Shown in pieces: positions 44,675-64,000 of a stretch of 64,000 bases of DNA. A program made the position numbers and the translations under genes. The number at the start of each line of letters is the position of its first letter. The first letter of the stretch is position 1. The DNA is from the human T2T-CHM13v2.0 reference genome, Homo sapiens: NCBI RefSeq assembly GCF_009914755.1, contig NC_060936.1. One strand, 5' to 3'. The notes beneath the pieces were generated by a model. The model did no database searches, was not told the origin of the DNA, and worked only from the letters and a program-made list of their open reading frames with translations.

Positions 44675-45555
44675 TTATCGACTACCTTTATTAGAATATT
44701 TCCACTTTGGTATATTGTTTTTTCTTTATTTTTTCTTGGGGAAAAATGCAGGTAGAATTCTAGTAGTTTGAAATATTAAGGAATTATAATGTGTCCCATT
44801 TGGTTAAAATATTCAAAATCATATTGTAATAACACAGGGCAATTTCCCAGTTTCAATGTTTTATACATTCATAACCTCAATAAAATTCCTGGAGTGGTAG
44901 TTTTAGTTGTTTGTCTCTAAGGCTAATCTGCCATTTAATACTTTATAGTAAGGTAGAAATACTTAGAACTTTTTTCTTTTCAGGTAGTCGTTAAGTCAAT
45001 ATTTATTCAAAACAGGCTGTCATAACTTACAGAGAATGATATTTTTTACTAGTAGTTAAAGAAATGCTGAGTTGGGAAACACCATCCTAGCTGATTCTTA
45101 GCTGGTGAGTATCTGTAACTGACATGGTAACAGCAGCAGATCAAGCAGTAATTCTCTTGAAAATAGTGAAATGGTAGAGGAGTTAACCATATGGTAAACG
45201 TTTATGTTTGTTTGATATTTAAAAGCACATTTAAAGATCATGTGAATTTTAAATCCATGAAAAAAAGGGGCTGAAGAATGGGAGACTGGGAAACCAAATG
45301 TATGAACAAAGATACCCAGCTTATTAGAGTGAATGTAAGGTAGCAAAGAGTGATTTTTATGGTATTTGGTGTAAAAACAGATTCCCATTTTTTTTTGTTT
45401 TGGAGGCATATGTTAACATTGGAAATTTTAATTCTGAAATTATAACTTCAACTTATATAAACAAATATTTATTTTAAACATTATCTTTTAAACAGAATAT
45501 ATAATTTATTAAAGGCTATTATGAACTCCTAAAACCCATCCTGTTTTGATTGCAG

Positions 45556-45653
45556 ATATTATAGAACAACCAGTACTGGTACAAGGAAATAGTAACAGAA
45601 GATCTGTCAGTACCCTCAAACCTTGTGCAAAAGATGCATATATGCTTTTCCAG
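45556..45653 (+). CDS. MON2: MON2 exon 6
   Basis: ttttgattgcag|; (D)[32 protein letters not shown]; CAG|gtattt; 98 nt, phase 1-0. Confidence 0.95.
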
Positions 45654-46345
45654 GTATTTTAGTTGATAAAAGTAATTTTTATTCTAAAATATAGTTTTGT
45701 GTGAATTTTTTAGTTGGGGATTTTATGTCTAATTTTTTTAATGTGAATTTTTTTGAAAATATGTCAAAGGTAGTATTAAGATAGTTCTAAAGAACAACTT
45801 TTATATTTACTTTATAGCTAATTAACATGATAAAACGTTATTACTCACTTTAAGAAAATGAAATAAATGCAGAACTAGAAAACAGGTATATCAGAAACAA
45901 CTAGTCATACAAAAAAAAGTTTCTTTAAAAAAGGAAAATTTAAGTAATAAATTTGGTCTGTGTAGTATAATTTGATACATAGATACCTGATTTTTACATC
46001 ACTTGTCATGAATAAATAATTTTAGGTAAAACAAGATTAATCTGTACTGAAAATATTATTACTTCGGATTAAAAGCTTAGTTTTTCATTTGAAATAATGT
46101 TAGATTAATCATTTATCTGTCTACTGTCTCTGTGTTGTCAGTAGTTATATGATTCTTTAGAAGTTTACTTATATAATCTATCAATTACACAATTTGTCAA
46201 AATTGGAATTACCAGTGCTTAGTTTCTAAGGAGCAAAAACATGTATTATATAAGAAGATAGATTTTTTTTAAAGATTTATGAACTGCGAGTTTGGAAAAG
46301 CACATTTAATTCTAGCATGTGAAATTGTTCGATTTATTTTCCCAG

Positions 46346-46471
46346 GATCTTTGTCAGTTGGTTAATGCTGATGCTCCTTATTGGCTAGTGGGCATGACAG
46401 AAATGACTCGGACGTTTGGCCTCGAATTACTTGAGTCAGTCCTCAATGATTTTCCGCAGGTCTTTTTACAA
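46346..46471 (+). CDS. MON2: MON2 exon 7
   Basis: ttattttcccag|; [42 protein letters not shown]; CAA|gtaagc; 126 nt, phase 0-0. Confidence 0.96.
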
Positions 46472-46576
46472 GTAAGCCATTTATAGTATCTTGTGACAAA
46501 GTTAATCTGAATTGTTTTACAGATATTTTTAAAGAAAGCAACGTGTATTTTTTTTCCACCTTAAAAGTGGCAAAGA

Positions 46577-47200
<624 letters not shown>

Positions 47201-48965
47201 AAAGAAAGATATGGAGAATTGTAGCCTCAAACTTTAGACATATAACAGTTTAGTGTTACATTACTTTTTTTTTAGTGCCTTAGCATTTTGGAATTTTAAT
47301 AATAGAAAGAATCTCTAGAGACAATCTATTAATAGTCAGGTATTTCCCAGTGTATGGGTCTATGAAGGAAATGTGGTATGTGAGCTACTTGTATAATATT
47401 TAAAAGCTTAAAGAAATTGTTGATTTTTACTTGCTTATATATCTAGCTATGTGTTTTCACATAACTTAAATGGAAAACAACTAAAGTCCAAAATCAAGTC
47501 AGTGACTTGCACAGGGTCCCTTAGTTATTAGGTCTTGAACTGTAATTTAGGTTTTTTAACTACTCATCTAGTGCCTTCCCCTACCATGCTTCCTCCCTAA
47601 GTAATCCATTTTATCCTTTGCTCTTACCTACAAAATGAGTGAATCAAGTGCTACAGTAATATAAGATTTTTTAGGCCAGGATGTGGAGCTGAAATTAGTT
47701 TTATATGGCTCATAATTTTTGGTATACATTAGGCAGTTGTTAAATGCTTTTGGCGAGCAGTATATACACTGATGATTCCCTTTCTTGTAGTGTAATAGGA
47801 TAAGCAGTATTTAGGTATAATTTGTCCAGCACTCTTGTATAAATAATAGTCATAGTAGCTGTCATTTCTTGACTGCCTTCTATGTGCTATGTGCCAGATT
47901 CCTTACATATTAATATTCTCTTTTATCTTCCCAAATGCCTGAGATACCAGTTATCACTGTTTTACACATGAGGAAACTACAACATCCAGAGGGTTAAATA
48001 ATTTGTCTGCAGTTTCATGGTTTATAAGTGATGGAGTTGGGATTTGAACTCATGTTGATCCAAATTAGTTTCTCTCTGTATCCTCTCTTTTTTATATACA
48101 CATCACATCCCGACCATCACCTTCAAAATATATTCAGGATCCAATCAGTTCTTACCACTTCTACAATTATTCTAGTCTAAGCTACCATCACCTCTTACTT
48201 GAATTATTGTGTTGGCTTCCTAACTGGTCTGCTTGCATATATATTAATACTTGTACCACTCACTATAGTTGTTTGTGACACCACATCCACAATGGTATTT
48301 TTAAAAAGTCGAATCTTTTTAGTCTCTTGTAAATTGGTTCAGTTGATATCCTCCTTATCAGACTAAAAGATGAAGTGTCCTTATGCTCTGTGGAACTTTT
48401 CATGGTTTAGTCCCCAGTATTCCTTGATCTTGTTTCTTTCCTCTCTTCTCTTTGCCCTCACCCTTTGGCCACACTGTCCTTCTTGTTGTTTGTGAAGTGC
48501 CTCAAGCAGACTCCTGCCCCAGGGCCTTTGTACTTACTATTCCTGGGCCTGGAATCCTTTTTTCCTCATATGGCTTGCTGTCTTACTTTTTTGAGGGCTT
48601 TGCTCAATCGTCAACTTACCAGACACATCTTCCCCAACCACGTTGTGTAAAATGGCAACCTTTTTTCCTATCAGCACCATTATCTTTCTTATCTCTCTTT
48701 TTCTTTGTAGCACTTATCACCTCCTGCCTGACACACACACACACGTATATGTGTATTATATATTATTACATATTGTGTATTATTTTATTTTCTCTCTTTC
48801 CCTACAAGAAGATAAACTCTATGAGGCAGGGATTTAGTACACTGTTGTATAGGTGTCTTTAGTAATAGTGCCTGGCATATGGCAGGTGTTTGATAAATAT
48901 TTGAATGAATGAATTGGTTAATGAATTTGAATTTAAAATTTTTATGTTTGGGTCATGTTTTCTGA

Positions 48966-49343
<378 letters not shown>

Positions 49344-50371
49344 TAGAAAATTTACTTTATTCTTCCTGCTGTAAAGCATGGAAGGGGAAGAATTCTCTGT
49401 GTAAGATCCTAGAATTTCATCCTGTACAATTTTCTTCCAGAGATACGTATTTGTTTCTTTTTTTAACTCATCATTCACATATGCAATCAAAATTTACCAG
49501 TCACTTAAGTTTTATGCCAAGTATACAGAAGTTAAATAAGACTGATAAAATCTTTGCCCTGTGGCACTTACAATTCTAATGGGGAGACAGATTTTAACTG
49601 AGTTGATAAGGCTTGATGAGTACTGTGAAGGAAAAGTATTAAAAGTGTTAGGAAATGAATAACGGGACCAGACCTGGTGGAGAGTTGGTGATAAATCAAG
49701 GATAGGATACTTAAGCTTGTAAATGAAGGATTAAGAGTAGTTAGGAGATATAGAGAGAACAGGAAAAGAATACTCCACACAGAAGGAATTTGAAGAGCAG
49801 TGACCCTGAGAAAGGATGTCTTCTTTTCTAGAAAAATAAGCTTTAAGGGCATTGAAGCTTTGCCTTTTGCCTCAATGAAGTGTTGTAGTGGAAGATGAAA
49901 AAGGCAGTCTCAAAGATGATTTCTAGCTTTCTGGCTTGAACAGTGAACCATTTGCTAAGATGGAGTACTCCATGGGCAGAATTTTTATCACAAAGGACAC
50001 ATTATTCATATATATACTAATTTCAAGGTATCTGTGAGACATGCAAAATGTTAGTTGGACTTATGCATTTCAAGGTTTGGGGCTGAAATTATAAATTTAA
50101 ATGTTCCTGGCATATAGTTGCTAATTGAAGATATGGGAGTGAATGAGATTTTCTGTGGTAAGAACCTAGAGTACAAAGCAAGGGCATGGTACTCTGGAAC
50201 TCTGAGGAAGCTCAACATTAAACAGTTGAAGATGAGCATATACAAGAGACTGAGAACACAAGGCCAGAAGGCAGGAACAAATCTAAGAGAGTGTGACATA
50301 ATAAAAGGCAAAAGCAAAGAAAGTTTCAAGATGAAGCAAGTAATCAGTTATATCAGGTGGTTCACAGAGAT

Positions 50372-60720
<10,349 letters not shown>

Positions 60721-60721
60721 A

Positions 60722-61668
<947 letters not shown>

Positions 61669-62184
61669 TTTTTAAGTAAACAAAATAGTGGAAATGAAAA
61701 TAATTACAATATAGTAATATCAGTCACCATGGAAAGTCAACAGGATAGGAGGGATTTTTAAAAAGGAGAAGAACTTTAAGGGCCAATGTAGTTGCCATAG
61801 TTGCTATTAAATCAGGTGGCCAGGTCATATGGTGGTCCAAATGTTTAGAAAGTTTTTGTTCCTGTCACTAGGCCAACTAAATACCACTTCCTCACTTGTT
61901 CCCTAAATATTAGCAGGGCTGTCTTAGAAGGGTTCCTCCTCCTCCTTTCTTTAGAATGTTTCTTAACTACATTAAGTTAAGACTATAGGAAGAGAAAACA
62001 GTTCCCCTTTTCCTTTTCATATCCACTAGTCAGTCCTGGAAAAACAAGTATTCTGTTCTCCTCAGTAATGCAGCCTAGTTACATCTTCATAGTAACAAAT
62101 GCAAAATTCACATTTTGTTTCTGTTGCTAACCAGGACCTCCCAACTTATTTATCATCATCATCTTTTTTTTAAAATAAAATTTG

Positions 62185-62560
62185 ATGCTATGGGTTGAAC
62201 TATATCCCCCAAAATTAATATATTGAAGCCCCAGTCCCCAACATGACAGTATTTGGATATGTGGCCTTTGGGAGATAATTAGGCTTAGATGAAGGCATGA
62301 GGGTGGGACTCTCATGATGGGATTAGTTCCCTCATAGAAAGACACCAGAGCATGCTTGCTCTCTCACTTTCTTGCCCTCCACCATGTGAAGACAAAGGAA
62401 GAAAGCATCCATTTGCAAGCTCAGAACAGGGCCCTCAGCAGAACCTGAACACGCTAACATCTCTATCTCATATTTCCAGCCTCCAGAATTGTAACAAATA
62501 AATTTCTGTCATTTAAGCCACCCAGTCTCTGGTTATCTTGTTATGACAGACTAAAGATAC
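62185..62560 (+). mobile_element. MLT1A/MST-like MaLR solo LTR
   Basis: tgctatgggttgaa...cccccaaaatt...ccagcctccagaattgt..aaataaatttctg..tttaagccacccagtct. Confidence 0.8.
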
Positions 62561-62724
62561 TTGGGCCAAGCTGAGATACTTGGTTTCTGTCTATCAATTC
62601 TGTTATTTAACAATTTATCTAATAACCTTTTCAGAGATACAGATATCTTAATTCCTCAGTAATTTCCATTTTGGATGAAATTGTTTTATTGATTTCATCT
62701 GTTCTGGACACTGTACAAAGTAAT

Positions 62725-63075
62725 TGTCTTAGTTCGGGCTGTTATATAAAATATGCCAGAAACTGTGTAGCTTAAATCTCAAAGTTCTGGAGCCTCAGAA
62801 GTCTAAGATCAAGCTACTAGCATATCTGGTGTCTGGTAAGGGTGTACTTCCTGGTTTGCAGATGTCTGTCTTCTCATTTTATTCTTAAATGGTGGAGAGT
62901 AGAGACAGGAAGAAGCCTCTCAAGTATCTTCTTATAAGGGCACAATCCCATTCATGAGGGTTTCAGCCTTATAACCTAATTTCCTCCGAAAGACTCCACC
63001 TTCAAATATCATCCCACTGGGGAATAGGCTTCAACACATGAATTTTGGGGGTATATAAACATTTAGACCATAGCA
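62725..63075 (-). mobile_element. MLT1A/MST-like MaLR solo LTR
   Basis: tgtcttagttcgggctg...aacacatgaattttggggg...acatttagaccatagca. Confidence 0.78.
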
Positions 63076-64000
63076 TTGCTTTGCATACATTAATACATTT
63101 TAACTTTACTACAGCCCTAAGAAGCAGACATTCATATTTGAGTTTTATAGCTGAGAAAATGAGGACCAGGATGCTTATATAGTTTGCCTGAGATGATGCA
63201 GTTTATAAGCTGCAACACTGGGGTGTTAACTAATTTTTTAGGCTCCATAACACACTTTTAACCCCACTACACTTTACTACTTCGCTGTTTTCTTAGTTCT
63301 CGCTCTCTTTTTTTTTCTTTCTCCAAGGCTGACAGTGCCAAGTTTCTTGTATTGCTTCTATAACATTCTCCATATTTTGACCTTTGTCCCTTTAATTGGT
63401 GGGGGTGTAGGGGGACAACGTGGGACAAATGACAGCACAGCCAGCAACAGAAAAAAATGGAAAGTTACTGCCTAAAGGAAGAGGAAGGCCTGTTTTCCTG
63501 CTTTACTTGTGAACTGTGGGTGATGATCAACTGGTAAAACATTGGTTCCTAATAAGGAACTCTAGGACTGAGTTGGCAAAGTTGAGATTTTCAGATATAT
63601 ATAAGAAAGTAATTCCTCAGTATTGTAATTGGCTACATTGGGACATCTTAGCTTAGAAAAAATTAGGCATTCTACAGTTTCTTCAAGGGCAAAAGTTAGA
63701 TGCCTGGTAGTTGGGGGGCAAGCTATATATGGTTGATGTGTGATGCCTCTCTCTTATTTCTCTGTATTTTCTTTATTTAAACCTGGAAATGGTACATCTC
63801 CTAGAAGACATACTAGAGGAATAATTCTTATACTTTTTAGTCTCAAGACTGCTTTATACTCTTTTATTACTTTTTTTGCAACAGGAAGTGGTCATTTAAT
63901 AAATAACCATGTGGAAGAGGGGGTGCTACCATTCAAAACACCCCGACGGGTCACAGAATGTTCCAGAGCAGAAAGGCACTGGGGACGCCCTGGCTGTCTG

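Noticed and set aside
46460-46471. Alternative in-frame donor CAG|gtcttt 12 nt inside exon 7
   Set aside because: Intronic +3 to +6 positions match U1 poorly compared with the used gtaagc site
63885-63903. Strong acceptor (tttttttgcaacag|) as MON2 exon 9
   Set aside because: In phase 0 it reads EVVI* immediately and does not continue the MON2 protein; an overlapping AATAAA is noted, but the window ends before it can be evaluated

Overview
Human genomic DNA (a human-specific AluYb8 is present) covering about 11.5 kb of upstream sequence, the CpG-island promoter and coding exons 1-8 of MON2 (+ strand; endosome/Golgi trafficking regulator related to Sec7-family Arf-GEFs). The eight GT-AG exons join into one open frame of 984 nt / 328 aa ([10 protein letters not shown]...LIKQFYSLL); exon 9 lies beyond the window. 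The rest is mostly transposon-derived: about 40 Alus, L1 remnants of several ages, LTR12 and MER11 solo LTRs, a two-LTR THE1 provirus, an ERV gag remnant and several DNA transposons. Almost all ORFs in the supplied track are repeat artefacts. I see no clearly new biological system. The best leads are a candidate 81-nt poison exon in intron 2, a decayed RTE-clade LINE reverse transcriptase remnant in intron 1, an AluYb8 inserted 28 bp from an inverted Alu, a 13-codon uORF, and templated-insertion scars inside Alus. Gene and repeat-family names come from recalled consensus sequences, not database searches, and repeat boundaries are approximate unless target-site duplications (TSDs) are quoted.
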